This document shows, piece after piece, positions 1-12,514 of a stretch of DNA of 64,000 nucleotides. Position 1 is the stretch's first letter; every line of letters starts with the position of its first letter. Origin of the DNA: Rhizodiscina lignyota (Eukaryota); NCBI GenBank assembly GCA_010015805.1, contig ML978134.1, positions 558,001-622,000 of the forward strand. The letters are read 5' to 3'. A model generated the notes under the pieces. The model was not told the origin of the DNA and made no database searches. It saw nothing but the letters and a program-made list of their open reading frames with translations. The translations under genes were made by a program, and so were the position numbers.

Positions 1-813
1 CATGGAGACCGGATTTGCTGCCGGAGAATGCAAACATTACAGTAGGCACTCAGTTCAAGCTTGACGATTTCCCAACGACAGATCAGACGTGCATGGATGA
101 CCGCACACCGCCGCGTCTGGCCTTCCAGGCCCACATGGCACCCCTAGATATCAAGTTCAACGGAAATGGCTCCGCCGCGTGGGTCACCTTCCACGGCAGC
201 TGGTAAGTTATCTTCTCCTTTACCATGCGATCGCCACGTGTCCTCCATTCAACATTTCTCACAGTTACACAGGGACCGCACCAACCCCGTCGGTTACAAG
301 GTGTCAGCTATCCAGTTCGCCAACGGCTCCCCGGTTGAGCCGGCCAACTCCTCCGTTGCCGCAATCGACATCTTCGCGAACCCGGACAATTCCGCCTGCC
401 CCGACAAGTGCTTCCGTCCCGTCGGCCTCGCCTGGGATATACAGGGCAGGCTGTTCGTCACCTCCGATGCTACTGGCGAAGTCTACATGATCTTGAGGTC
501 GGATGGGACGCCCACGAATGGCAGCTTGCCCGACTCGGTCATCAATGGGCCGAGGATTGGATCCGCAGTGGCCAGCGCTGAGCCGACCGCTACGAGCACT
601 GGTGGTGTCAGCGGTGCTGGAAGTGCGACTCCGACTCCATCTAGCAGCGGAAGCGGTAGTGCTGGTGGAGCAAGTGCAAGTGCGAGTGGAAGCGCATCGG
701 CGAGTGGAAGTGCTGCGGCTGCATCAAGCTCTGGCGCTGCCGTAATGGCCATGCCTGGGTCGCAGATGGCTATGGGAGTTGGTCTCGGTTTGGGAGTGTG
801 GAATTGGATCTAG
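1..813 (+). CDS. 3' part of a PQQ-dependent sugar/sorbosone dehydrogenase-like beta-propeller protein (AA12-like) with Ser/Ala/Gly-rich tail and probable GPI signal
   Basis: Motifs PRLAFQAHMAPLDIKF...WVTFHGSW, then intron 203-272 (gtaagt..acag), then DRTNPVGYKV...CFRPVGLAWD..RLFVTSDATGE. Low-complexity S/A/G linker and hydrophobic C-terminus. Truncated at the window start. Confidence 0.75.
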
Positions 814-1748
814 TCACGTGATGCGACTCGGACGACACCCAAAGGCTAAGTATGAACCATTAAGATACCTACATGAGTGATGAGGCAACGAAGCGATTGA
901 GTGATGTCTTGGATGAGTACGGGTGAGGAGTGAGTTGTGGCGCACTAGATGTCTCGACATTGACGTGGGAGGTGAAGTGTTTGTTAAGCTCTCGTTGATT
1001 TCACTCCTAAGTTGAACTTGAAGTTATATCAGAAAGACGTGAAGCATCTCAGTATCTCACTACACTACCTCTATCTTCTTCATTCAATCATAGGCTATGT
1101 GTCAATCGTGCTCGCCACCTCCGTGACTCCGCGTAGCCTTTGTGCGTATAAGTACATCCTTCCACCAATTCCTTAGCCTCGCACAACCTGGCTTTAAGCA
1201 CTTCTCTATCTACCAGAACTCGTTCACGAAGACATAGACTGCTCTTTTCGTCTGGTATAAAGTGCGCTTTGGCTGCGAGAGACTGATTTATCTCTCGGCG
1301 TCACTTGGTGTCGCCTCCCCCTTCGCTCCTCTCTCGCACCATCTACCGACCATCTCTGCAGCCATCTACATTATCAAAAGTGGTTTACCAACCTCACACT
1401 ACGTTTCACTACCAGCCTCGTGAGTATTTTGGCTTGTGGTTGGTGAAAAAGGGTGGTGGCGGCGGATCGCTAGCTATTGTTCAGCGCATTGAGAAAACCT
1501 ACCAGCCTCCGAATTCAGCACTGAACAAAAAGGACACCGGCCTCCAAAATAATCTTTGAATTCTCTCATCCATCTTCATTCTGCATACATAGGCTGCGCG
1601 TCTTTACTTTCAACGACTCGTTCTATCTCTCACGCACTGGGTGCTCGAGAGACTCACTCTCCGAAAGGCATCACATATCCTCACTCTGACTACGGTCGAC
1701 TTTTACCCCGCAAGCGCATTCCTCACTGACTACCTACTACGGTCTACA

Positions 1749-3578
1749 ATGGCGAACCTTAACAACTCTTCTGCCAATACCGCCGCTCCCGCAACTCCAC
1801 CTCCTGGTGAGTGGAAGTTGCCCAACGAGGTATGTTTCGTCCAGCTCTAATTCGCTCCTTGCACACATTTCGCAATCAATGCGCTAACACTCGAGGCAGC
1901 TCACTCTCAAGATTGCGCTCTACAGCCAAGACCGCGAAATCTGCAACCTCGCAGCAGTCTCCAAGAAGACTAGCGAGGTCACTGCGGACAACAGCCATCT
2001 CTGGCGCATCATCTTCTGTCAGGAGTTCGACCTTCCTACCGACAAGGACCTTACAAGCAAGGAGATCAAGGAGCTGTATCAGAAGCGTCGCAAGTTCCTC
2101 CGTTCCGGCTGCTTCTGCTTCAAGGATGGCAACACCAAGGGCGAGACCAAGGCTCTTCGCTCATTGCTTGAGCTCATCATCGGTGAGTCCACAACTTGTC
2201 TGACTTGAGACCTTTGAACATTGTTGGCGCTGACTCTATTCACAGAGGCGTACCCTAGCTGGTTCTCTGAGGCTCATGGCCACCTCGTCTCCCTCAACGT
2301 CGCCAAGGTGAACATCTTCGCCTATGAGCACAACCTTCTCGCCAACGTCAACCGCCACTTCCGCGGCAACAAGAACCCGCAGCTCATCGCCCTCCAGCTC
2401 GTCCTTCCGCACCTCAATCTTGGCCTTGAACTCGGTGGCATTGCCCTGAATCCGACCTTCGGCTTCCACGATTCGCAGAAGGCTGTCTACGAGACCGCGC
2501 TGAGCAAGCTAATCTTCCAGAATGGCTGGAACAACATCGACGTCGAGTGGGTGATGCACTGCACGAACTTCTTCAAGTATCACTTGACTTCACCCGATGC
2601 GCAGACTGCCTTCCAGGCGTTCGCGGAGATACCGGATGAGTTCCACATCAAGGCACTTGAGGGTGGCCTTCACAACGAAGGACATGCGCTGGGAAACAAG
2701 TGGATGGGAACTTTCGGTATGCTTGATTCCCAAATTTCCTGAAAACAATCATGTTACACTTACTCTTTCCAGCCTACCTTGACCAGAACGAGCTCGGTGC
2801 TCTCCGCAGGGCTCGCGCCAACGACAATCTCGACATCTTCCAGGACAAGCACATCGACGAGAGCAAGTTCCAGATGCTGAACATGGAGTTTCCGACTGGC
2901 GACATGACGTCTGAGTGGCCGAGCTACTTCGAGGACTCCCTTCACTCCCTCGCCCCTTTGCACGAACCAAGAACCAGGGCACAGCGCCGTTCCCCGTCTC
3001 CCAGCAAGAAGGCCTTCTACTTCGAGGCTGATGGCATCGATGAGGACGAGTGAGTATAATCCTACTCAAACTCTCACATCTCTGTTCGACTGAGACTGAC
3101 TTGTGTAGCAGGCCTTTCCGCAGCAAGGGCTGGCTCAACCCTCTTCCGTCCCAGTACGGAATTCCAGGCTGGCAGCGCATGACCATGATGAAGTACTTCG
3201 AGGAACCCGACGGCAGCCCTGCCATGGACTCTCTATGGGCCTACGAGGGCGTGGTCATCCCCGGCGGCAAGGTGATCGTTGGTCGCTGGTGGTCTGTGTC
3301 GGGTCTTCCAATCAATGTAAGCTCTCTTCCACCCCATGCATCTTCTGCAGCTGACACCATCGCAGCAGAACCAGTACTGCGGTCCCTTCATCCTCTGGGC
3401 CATCCCGCGCGACGACGACTTCGACCTCCTTGGCTACGTCGCCGACCAGACCGACGGCCTGCCAATGATGGACGGCGCCGCTGACGAGCCCGACGCTTAC
3501 GAGCTCGACACTGACGAGGATTATGTCCAGACACCCAGGACTATCGAGATCAAGACCCCCACTACCCCCTTTTTCTAA
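1749..3578 (+). CDS. Multi-exon F-box-like domain protein
   Basis: ATG 1749. The spliced N-terminus reads WKLPNE|LTLKIALYSQDREICNLAAVSK...LWRIIF (F-box-like). Later exons include GWLNPLPSQYGIPGWQRMTMMKY and WAYEGVVIPGGKVIVGRWW...GPFILW. About 5 GT-AG introns; stop at 3578. Confidence 0.65.
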
Positions 3579-3820
3579 TTGACTCTCATTCTCTTCTATT
3601 GGCTTGCCTGGGTTTTCTCTTGATTGTATGGGGGGGTTGTTGGATGGATAAAAATGGTGTTGGGGACACTTCTGTTGATAGTTGATACCCGGATTGAAGA
3701 TACAATCCCTTGACATATGATGGCAATGCAGTGATGACACAATCTTAATGTCCCTCTCCAACTAAGCTCAAGAGTGATATGTAAAGAACCCTGTTGAACT
3801 GTCACGTCCCACACCTCGGT

Positions 3821-4425
3821 CACTCTCATTAATATATGATAAAGTCAATGGACTTGTCACCTATGCAATTCTCATACACACTGGCCAAACTATATTAAAT
3901 TAAACCTCCACCGATGCACAAACTTTGGTCCCACAGCAAAACTCGACGAGATATCGTACGCTCCACTCCATCCGCCCTAATAAGCCTCGACGAGATCGAC
4001 AATGTTGTCACACAGCTGTGGTACACAAGACTTCCAAGATACACAGTCTCACTAGTTAATATAAAGAACCTTCATTGCAGCCGCACAATCTCCACAAACA
4101 TTAGCTAAGCTGTATTATATGAACCCTTCATTGATGCTCTAATCTCTGCTGAAGAGCGAGGCTCGATTTATCTATACGCTTTTGATAAAGCCGGGCTTGG
4201 TCAGCTTTGAGGAGGTGGAGAATGCTGCGCTTTAGCTTCGGCGCACAGAACTGCTAAGATACGCAGTCTCATTAACCAATATAGAGTATGTTCACTGTAG
4301 CTGCACAATCTTCATAAACATTGGCCAAGCTATATTATATCACCCCTTTCATTGATGCTATAACTCCCGTTGAAGAGCGAAACTTGATTTGTTTATCCGC
4401 TCTTGACAGAATCGGGCTCGGCCTT
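3821..4425. repeat. Three diverged direct repeats with a period of about 220 bp
   Basis: Units start near 3821, 4044 and 4264. Shared blocks include cagtctca, gcacaatct, cattRgcYaagctRtattatat, ttcattgatgct and gaagagcga. The first copy is the most diverged. Confidence 0.7.
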
Positions 4426-5373
4426 CATTGAGTCAACTCTTCTCATCTTCTATATCTGATAGAGTACAAGGGTGTCGGAGTTGTACAGTTTCTCAACACA
4501 GAGCCAATTGCTTTATTTCGAACCTTTGACTACTTCTGAATACTACTACGTCCCTAACAGTTTCTTTGAAGGAGGGTGACAAGGTAGATCCGTAAGCGTC
4601 TAGCAATGGCCTCTGCTCTCCTGGAGAACGAATTTGAGAAGATAGTACGAGCTTTAGAGCATGGCGTTCCGTTTCTAGAAGAATGAGATCCGAAATATAC
4701 AACGAGCTGTCGAGCATGGTGATGCCTCGCAGGAGAGAGAGCTTTGCAACACGAAGGAGCTGGTTTCTCATGAGCGTGTGAAGCCGGTAATAGCGTCTCT
4801 TTTCTGTGATAACGAGAAGAAAATCTTCTAAGGCAGGCCTGGCAAGCTACTCCCTGATAACCTCGAATGTAGACTCACCAATATGCGGAAGCTTCTTGAA
4901 CGGGCTGAATGCGACTCTAATAGAGCGGCTCTGTAGACTCCTCGCTCGCGGGAAAGCAACTCCTTCGTATACTACAAGCTTTCGAGCTTGGCGTCTCTCT
5001 CTGTGATGAACTCGTCAACTCGCAGGCCAAGATGCCACAGAAGAGTACGATCCCGTCCATCCTCCAGGCACCCTCGAGTCGAATCTCAAAGCCTCCGCAA
5101 TATCTCGGTACAATAGACCCCAAGACACTTCCACAAGTTGAAAAGACGGAAGTCGAGACGGCCGAAGCCGAGGGTCTTCAGCTTACACCAAAGTTCCCGA
5201 ATTCGTAGGAGGTATAGACGTTCAATGATGGCCCACGTTTTTCGTGAAGGTATCGAATTTGCTGGTACTTCGTCGTGCCCTGGCACGTCTAATTATACAA
5301 CGCCCAGACTCCTTGCGAGACTTGCTTTTCCCACAACGTGCGCCCAAATGCATGCTTGATGTTACCCAGCACT

Positions 5374-6469
5374 TCACTCCTCGATGTTTTTGACATTCTC
5401 CCATCCGCCGCTGAGCCTCTCCTTCCACAGGCTAACTCTGTTGTCTCCTGTGCTGACGGCCAGCACGTTTCCACTCAGACTCCAGCTTACTCGCCATGCG
5501 ACCGCTTCGAAGTTCAGTGTCGTAGATTGCCAGTCGCCTGCCATTTCGATTAGCGAACCTCGATCAACGTCGGTAGACTGAGAATACCTACCACCAGCAG
5601 GATTGTTGCTCGTCCAAATCTTCACAGACTTGTCCTGACTCGCGCTCGCAATATAGCTCTTGCTCAGCATGGTTGGCGCCCAGGCAACATCCCTCACCCA
5701 ATCCGAATGTCCCGGCAGGGTCGTGATGCAGTTGTACGTATTTGACTCAGGATTCCACTCCCATATCTTAACCGCACAATCACTGCCACCCGTCACGAAC
5801 CTCCTCACCACACCACCTGCTTGTCCACCAGCGCTGGTCACTGCTCCTGGAGCTATAGCCGGCGCCCACGATACAGCATTAACGCCTGTCCCGTGCGCTT
5901 GAAATATCTGATGACTCCAGCTATTATCCTTGAACTCTAGCACACTGACATTCCCATCACTACTCGCACATGCCAGCAGACATCCTGCTTCGTGTGGACT
6001 CCAGGCCACGAGGTTGACGCTTGCAGTGTGTAGCTCGAAGTTGTAGACTTTGGTCCACTGGTTGTTGCTTTCGCGCCAGATGAAGACCTTGCCGTCATAT
6101 GAAGAGGATGCGAGGATGGTGCCGTACTTGGGGTGCGCCCATGACACGCACCATACCGCGCCTTCGTGGCCTTTCAGCGTTTCTGTAAGACGATGCGAGT
6201 CGCCCTCAACTTCGAAGACTTTGATGGTCTTGTCGGAGGAGCATGTTGCGAGGCGGCGGCCGTAATAGTCGAGGACCGCATCGTGCTGGAAGAGGTCAGA
6301 TGAATGCAACAATGAGCTCATTTCGAGGGTTTGGAGCTTCATGAAATGCGACAATAGAGGAATTTGATAGACGTACGATCATGTCATCGTGGGTAGAGTT
6401 TGATATTACTTGCGCCTGTGTTCAATTAGCTCCATATTTGCCAAACATGAGCGATTCGACGCATACCAT
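5374..6469 (-). CDS. SEC13: COPII coat / nucleoporin WD40 protein Sec13
   Basis: ATG-only first exon at 6469 followed by gtatgc; exon 2 [13 protein letters not shown]; then [45 protein letters not shown] and [15 protein letters not shown]. Confidence 0.96.
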
Positions 6470-6755
6470 GGCTGTTTACTCCACCAGCTGTACTTTTCGA
6501 CGAAGCACAACACCAAAGTCGCGAATCGCGGGCAGCTCACTTCGGGCGACGTGTTAATCCGCGTGTGCAGATCGACCCTTACGCACGAATCGGGTAAGGC
6601 GCCCCTCGGATGGGCCTCGGCTTTACGGTTCTATATCGTGAACATGCGGAAGGAATGGCGAAAACTGATCATGCACCCTACGAAATATTACTTTGTCTCC
6701 CTGCCCTTATCTTCTTTCTTCTGCTAATGTTTAGGACCGTGAGATAGCCATCACC

Positions 6756-8521
6756 ATGGCAGACGCTCTCTGTGGGCCGTCGAACCCGCTCCAAAACTTC
6801 CAGAAGCACTCGAACGTCGACCGAACGCTTCAGCAAGACCGATTAATTTCTCGCCATTCTCCCTCCCAAGTAAGCAGCTGCTCACCATGTAGACATATAA
6901 CCATGCACTAACATATACAGGGCTTTCGCTCCTCTCCTGGACCAGCAGCTGGCAGTCTCGATCCTGAGTTTGAAGCTTTCCAGGCCGGCATACCCACTGG
7001 CCCCGCGCCTCACGAGTTCCACCAATTCCCGCATCAACCTCTGCCTCTGCACGCCGCTGAGCCACTATCACAACCACCGGGATGGGCTGCAGATTTCCAG
7101 CGCCTTCACATCTCTCCACAATCCCACTCTCCTGCTCCTGTGCTCTCTCCTCAAGCACAAGCTCATAGACAAAGCCCCGCATCATGGCATCAAGACTTCC
7201 TCCGACAGCAACATACTCCCCCAACCTCTGCAACGCCACCGCAGATGCAGCAACATGCTCCCATGCGCTCGGCATTCTCCAGCATGCCAATGTACGGCAT
7301 GCACAACCCCTCCACATCATTCTATGAGCCGAGCTTTGACGAACGGCCTGCAATGACTGTTGCAGAGGGGAAGCAGAGAGAACAAGTGCAAGCAGAGGTT
7401 CAATGGGATGATGCAGCGTTTGAACGTGCGTTTGATGCTGTCCATCAGGAGACGATGTCGACCGAAGATGACTTTGCCGATGCATTTTCGGCAGACTTGC
7501 AGGAGATTGGTCAGCGGCTGGATGCACAGAATCTCGATACCAAAGAATCGCTGGAAGCGGATATCCAGAGATTCAAGGACCAAGTGCACGACGATCCTCT
7601 GGCAGATCAACATGACATTCTCGATGCCATAGAAGCCGAGGCTCTTGCGCGCCAGAGGTTTGAGGACGACCGGCTGCTGGAGGAAGAGAAGCAAGACATG
7701 CGACCACCGGATGCAGACGAGGACGAACTCAGTCGGACGGCCGGCCAGCTACTGGAGAGCGTATCCCACGAGACGAGCAAGAAATTCCAAGAGAGCAACT
7801 TCCTGGCACTGATGCGTCGCCTCCGGGACAGGGAGGTGCGCGTTGAGGGGGATAAGATGGTCGAAGTGCGTGATCCTTTTCTCACCAGTTCTGCCAACTT
7901 CATCCCATCTGCTACATCCACTCCGGTGTCTACCATCTCTACCGCTTCTTCTGTACCGATGTCTGTCACATCAAGCCGGACTTCGCTGTCAGTCGAGGAG
8001 GCAGTGAGAGAGGAGATGGCCTCGAGACCCATGTGGATAGATTGGGTCGATGCGGAGGGCCGGAGACATATACATCCAGCACCTGCTGCTGATGAGCAGT
8101 GCAGGCTGTATGGGTGCAGCATCACGGATGGGCATCTGCATGATACCCCCTTTGTCGACACGAATTCTGACTCGGACTTTTATTGATAGAATTGACTAAC
8201 GAATTTCCCCTAAGCTACCAGACCGACTCACTATCCATGATGAATGAGCCACTACTGCACGACCGCATCGATCCCATCCTCCAGGACTCCGATGACGGCC
8301 GCACGATTTATACCTCCTCGATGCCGCCGGAGTTCCTCCAAGAGCTACCGAAGTACCCCCTTAAAGATGAGTCCATGATGAGTGGCGCCATCAGCAGGAG
8401 TAACTCGAGTTCCGGCTTTGCAGACGGTGAGCGCACTCATGTTGTCCCTGGCCCGAGCGGAGCACGCGCAAGAGCGGGCTCGCTTGGAAGCAGTGTGTAT
8501 GCAGGGGTCAGGCCGTGGTAG
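6756..8521 (+). CDS. PEX20: PTS2 co-receptor peroxin Pex20 (3' end ambiguous)
   Basis: N-terminal MADALCGPSNPLQNFQKH (conserved Cys); intron about 6870-6920; WxxxF motifs (WAADF, WHQDF); C-terminal KFQESNFLALMRRLRDREVRVEGDKMVE. The last exon is uncertain (see findings). Confidence 0.85.
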
Positions 8522-9649
8522 CCTTGGACTCCTAGCTCATTGTATGTATCCCGACATAATAAGCTTCTACCATCATGAGCATGTTGCCAACGAAGTAGCC
8601 CAGTAGCACTGCTCCTATAACTTCCCTCTGAGCAACTTTCGCTGCGAGCAAAGGCTGACACCCGTTGCTCGCAGACATCGACATCGCCATTTCCGCTTCA
8701 GTCCGCTCGCAGATGGCCCGATACGAGCCACCGCAACGAAATACCACGATCAACGATACTTCGCGCCTGAACCTCTACCGTCTTCCCATCGAGTCATTCC
8801 CGAAACGAGACGACCATCCCGTGGCGCTTGAGAAATCCGTAGAGGATGAGGAGTGGGCAAGCTGACTAGCCGATTATAGTGACGCGAAGAGCGCGATTGA
8901 ATTTACTGCGGTCTCTGATCATGGATTAAGAGATAGCGCGCCGCCGGCGGGGGATGTTCCAAAAGGGATTGCGGAGTTGTCGTATGCGAAGGGTTGCTTT
9001 CTGTGGAGAGATGGGCAGCTTGTTTAGGAACAGCTGCGATCGAGGTCAAAAAGGTACCGGATTCACAAATCGAATGTACATATGAATAAATGGTGCTAAA
9101 GGGAGACTGGATGTACACAGAAAATACATACTCAAACCCTCGCTAGGCACCCGTGGAGAAGACTGCATGTGCACGGACTACGTAGCTTGCATTGATGTAT
9201 AACGATTGCGATTTACTTTTATACCTTCAGCGATTTCGATCTCTTCTATAGATATACGGCCGTCCTTGTACATAAGTTCGGCACCACGGGGAGTGGCTTC
9301 AATTTGAGAAGAGTATATCGGCCTCTCACTCTCTTCCAAATCCCTCTTCTTCAACAACTTCCGAGAGAGCTTTGCAAACGCCTCTCACTTCTCACCACAG
9401 CCTCTTCACTTAACCATCTGGCGTCAAACATAACCTGATGGCCTCAACAGTAACTCCAGATGATTCTTACATTCAAGGCTTGATACTCCGGAGCTAGACA
9501 CCTCGAGAATACGAACAGTCACGTCCACGATATTCTACATTATTCCTTTCAGGGTCGCCCAAATGCTACACAAACGCCGCCTATGCCAAGTCTATGCAAA
9601 ATGCAGGTCGAGTCGAGATGTCCTTCCCAGCCAGCCAAGGCGCTCGAGA

Positions 9650-10741
9650 TTAGAATAAATCATCTTCGTCAATGTCCATACCCCTTCGTCGAGCCAAATA
9701 TATTCTCCCACTCTCGTACACGCCTAAATACAGCCCGCTGCCTATCATTGTCCAGACGCCTCTCAGAGCGCCGCCTCTCCATAAGCCTTTGAAGCCCTGC
9801 TCCTGCACAATCTCCTTCCCAATGGCCCAGGAGGTCTTCCTCTTGCGCGGCTTTGCCTGTTTCGCAGCACGGCCCATAGCGTCGACGAGACCACTCGTCT
9901 CTCCTTGCTTTACCTTTTCAAGGACTGCTTTACCACTGGGAGCGCTCTTCTGGTCCGCGCCATGGTGACCATCAGCCGCAGCAAGCATGATCCGCGTCTT
10001 GACCACATCGATCGGCGTCGTCACCACCGCCGCGACACTCCCTGCCGTGCCAGCGCTCAGCGCAGTGATCAGACCGCTCTCGAGCAACGTCCCAGTCCTC
10101 TTCCCGCTCCGCTCGCGGTAGTCCTTGATGAGCAGCTTGAAGCGCTCGAACATCGGGAACTGCAGCGCGGTGAAGGGCAGGTTGCGTCCTGCGAGCGCGG
10201 CGTACCCGCGCCATAGGCCTAATGGGTTGGCGCGGAACTTGGCGAGCGTTTGGACCGTCGCGTTCGTGGCATTGCGCCGGTGTCCGTTGTCTACCATCTG
10301 AGCGTTCTGCTTGATGACCTCTGCGGGGGTCAGGATGGCGCAGGACACCAGTTCCGCAACTGCGGAGGCGGCGCTGTGAATGAATGGTTGTGGGAGCAAG
10401 GGCACGCCATGGTCCTTCCCGCCAGACCTCTCGCCCACGATGGGGTTCGCGTTGCTGAGGGAATATTTGACGCCCTCATATGTCGTGAAGAAGGCCCCGG
10501 ACGAAGGGAGCGTCGCAATGATCACGCTGCCAACGCCCTGGTATAGCCCGCGGAACAGCGCGGCGCGGTTGATCACCGCAGCGGCATTAGGTGTGGAGGA
10601 TGGAGAGGTGTACAGACGCGCATAGTTCGGGGACTGGAGGCGGGTCTTGAGGGTGTCGAGCGGGTAGACGAGCAGGTCGACAGTGAAGGCTGCGACGGCG
10701 CCGGCGATCCAGATGTCTGCGGAGGTGTTGTTGTGGGACAT
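9650..10741 (-). CDS. Mitochondrial carrier family protein, S-adenosylmethionine carrier (Sam5/Pet8)-like
   Basis: Three Px[DE]xx[KR] signatures (PLDTLKTRLQ, PAEVIKQNAQ, PIDVVKTRIM) plus GLYQG, GLWRG and GLWRG motifs. Intronless, 363 aa. Confidence 0.85.
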   Translation of the reverse strand: MSHNNTSADIWIAGAVAAFTVDLLVYPLDTLKTRLQSPNYARLYTSPSSTPNAAAVINRAALFRGLYQGVGSVIIATLPSSGAFFTTYEGVKYSLSNANPIVGERSGGKDHGVPLLPQPFIHSAASAVAELVSCAILTPAEVIKQNAQMVDNGHRRNATNATVQTLAKFRANPLGLWRGYAALAGRNLPFTALQFPMFERFKLLIKDYRERSGKRTGTLLESGLITALSAGTAGSVAAVVTTPIDVVKTRIMLAAADGHHGADQKSAPSGKAVLEKVKQGETSGLVDAMGRAAKQAKPRKRKTSWAIGKEIVQEQGFKGLWRGGALRGVWTMIGSGLYLGVYESGRIYLARRRGMDIDEDDLF

Positions 10742-12514
10742 GCCATCAACAATTCACGCCTGGAGAGGAATTGGAATTTTTCGGCATCTGCATGACGATG
10801 CATATCGAAGTGGTCAGCGGCGGAGAGTTTTATCTGATTGATCTGATAAGTGAGTCATCTGGATTGGTGCAGAGCCGAGACGGGAGTGCCGCGTGGCGCC
10901 GGCTCGGCCGACATCGGACCGAGCCACAGATTCGACGTCAGACGTCGATGGGAGGTCAGGAGGAAGGAGAAGTGAAGGTCGACGTCTGTCGTCCCAACGG
11001 CTTTTCGAATAACGTGAGACGAAACACTTATGCATGATGGGGCTGAAAGGGGCAATGCGATTCTATGCAATGTCGATATTGCGCGTCGCAGATGATCGCG
11101 CTGCTGCCAACGCGACTGGCCGTCGAGCTGCAAGCGCGCACGTGAGCGGCCGCCCAGCGCTGTGCGATGACGTCGTTCGGGCAGCGCACTGGGGGGGAAT
11201 GCGCTGGCAGAGACCCCCCCCCGCTGCTGCTACGCAATGCTCCCGACCGCGATGTCGACGTCCTTGAATTCAGACCGCGCTGTGTAGGAGGCTGTTCACG
11301 GCAAGGCGCTGGAATCGACGAGACCCTGATGTCGCAGGACCAGATTGGCTCGAGCGAGAATCAACGCCGTCTTGGGGGAGGGCCGAAGCGTGCGGGAGCT
11401 CCCATCTGTACCGAGATTCACAGAGCGCGGGCGGATGAGGAAAGTGGGCCGCGAGAAGAAGCACAAACTCAGAATTCGAATCGCCGAAAGAGCTCCAGCA
11501 TCGATGATGGCCCCCTCGCGCCTGCTTCACCCAATACCCTCGCGATCGCACTTCCTCAACAGCATACCCCTTGACTAAGCCCTGTGCTCTGTGGCATGTA
11601 TAATAGCCGTCACTGATCCGCTGCACCGCTCTGCTCCCTCTGAAGCCTGCCCTACAAGCCTCCAGGGTCGGTCGCAAAGCCCATTCTTCATCTGGACCTG
11701 TCCCTGCCTCGTCCCGTCCAAGTCTGTATGCTTCAACTCGCCTCGCTCGGTCCGTATATATTTGACCGGAGCGCTTCACCTCAGCCTCTCGACAGCTCGC
11801 CTTCACCCATCTCCCAAGACGCCAAAACTTCCTGCACCGCCCGGTTTTGGCAGGCATTACATCACGCTCAGTCATTCCCCCCAGCTTTTGTCGCGCCATC
11901 CTTGCGTTGCCCGCCAGTGACGCTGCCCCTCCACCAGCGACTCGTCGCCGTCACTCCGAGACCAAGGCGACAGGTTTCCGTGCTAGTCAGCCCAATCTCT
12001 TGACCGGACCACCCAGCCACAGCACTTTCGCCGCGGAGCGCTACTCATCATTTGACTCTCACACGGCCAAGGAAAGCGCTCGACGTGCCCGCTTAGGGAA
12101 GCAATAAATACTGGCGACACCCTCCCGCGCCCAACCTCCTCTCTGCAACCACCGCGAAAAACACTCCGATTTCGACAACTCGTCAGCCTTGCCCCTCACT
12201 CTCGCCTTGTTCCTCGATTTCGATCGCACAAACCTTGTCCGCTTCGTTTCAGCGTGCCAGCCGCCCTTCCCCACATAGGCTACGTCAGGCGTTGCAACCG
12301 ACGAGGGTGAGTATTCCTTCCTCCGCACACTTCCTATCGCCTCTCGCACGAGCGCCACAGCTAACTCTCGCTGCTTGAACCAGACCAAACGGACACTGGA
12401 GTTTCCACGAGCGACCACAAGCCACAGAGAGAGACCAGAGAGCAGCTTTGAGCACACGAGCAAAAACACCACCACATCCCTGAGCGAGTGACACCAGGTC
12501 ACGAGTGAGCAGCA

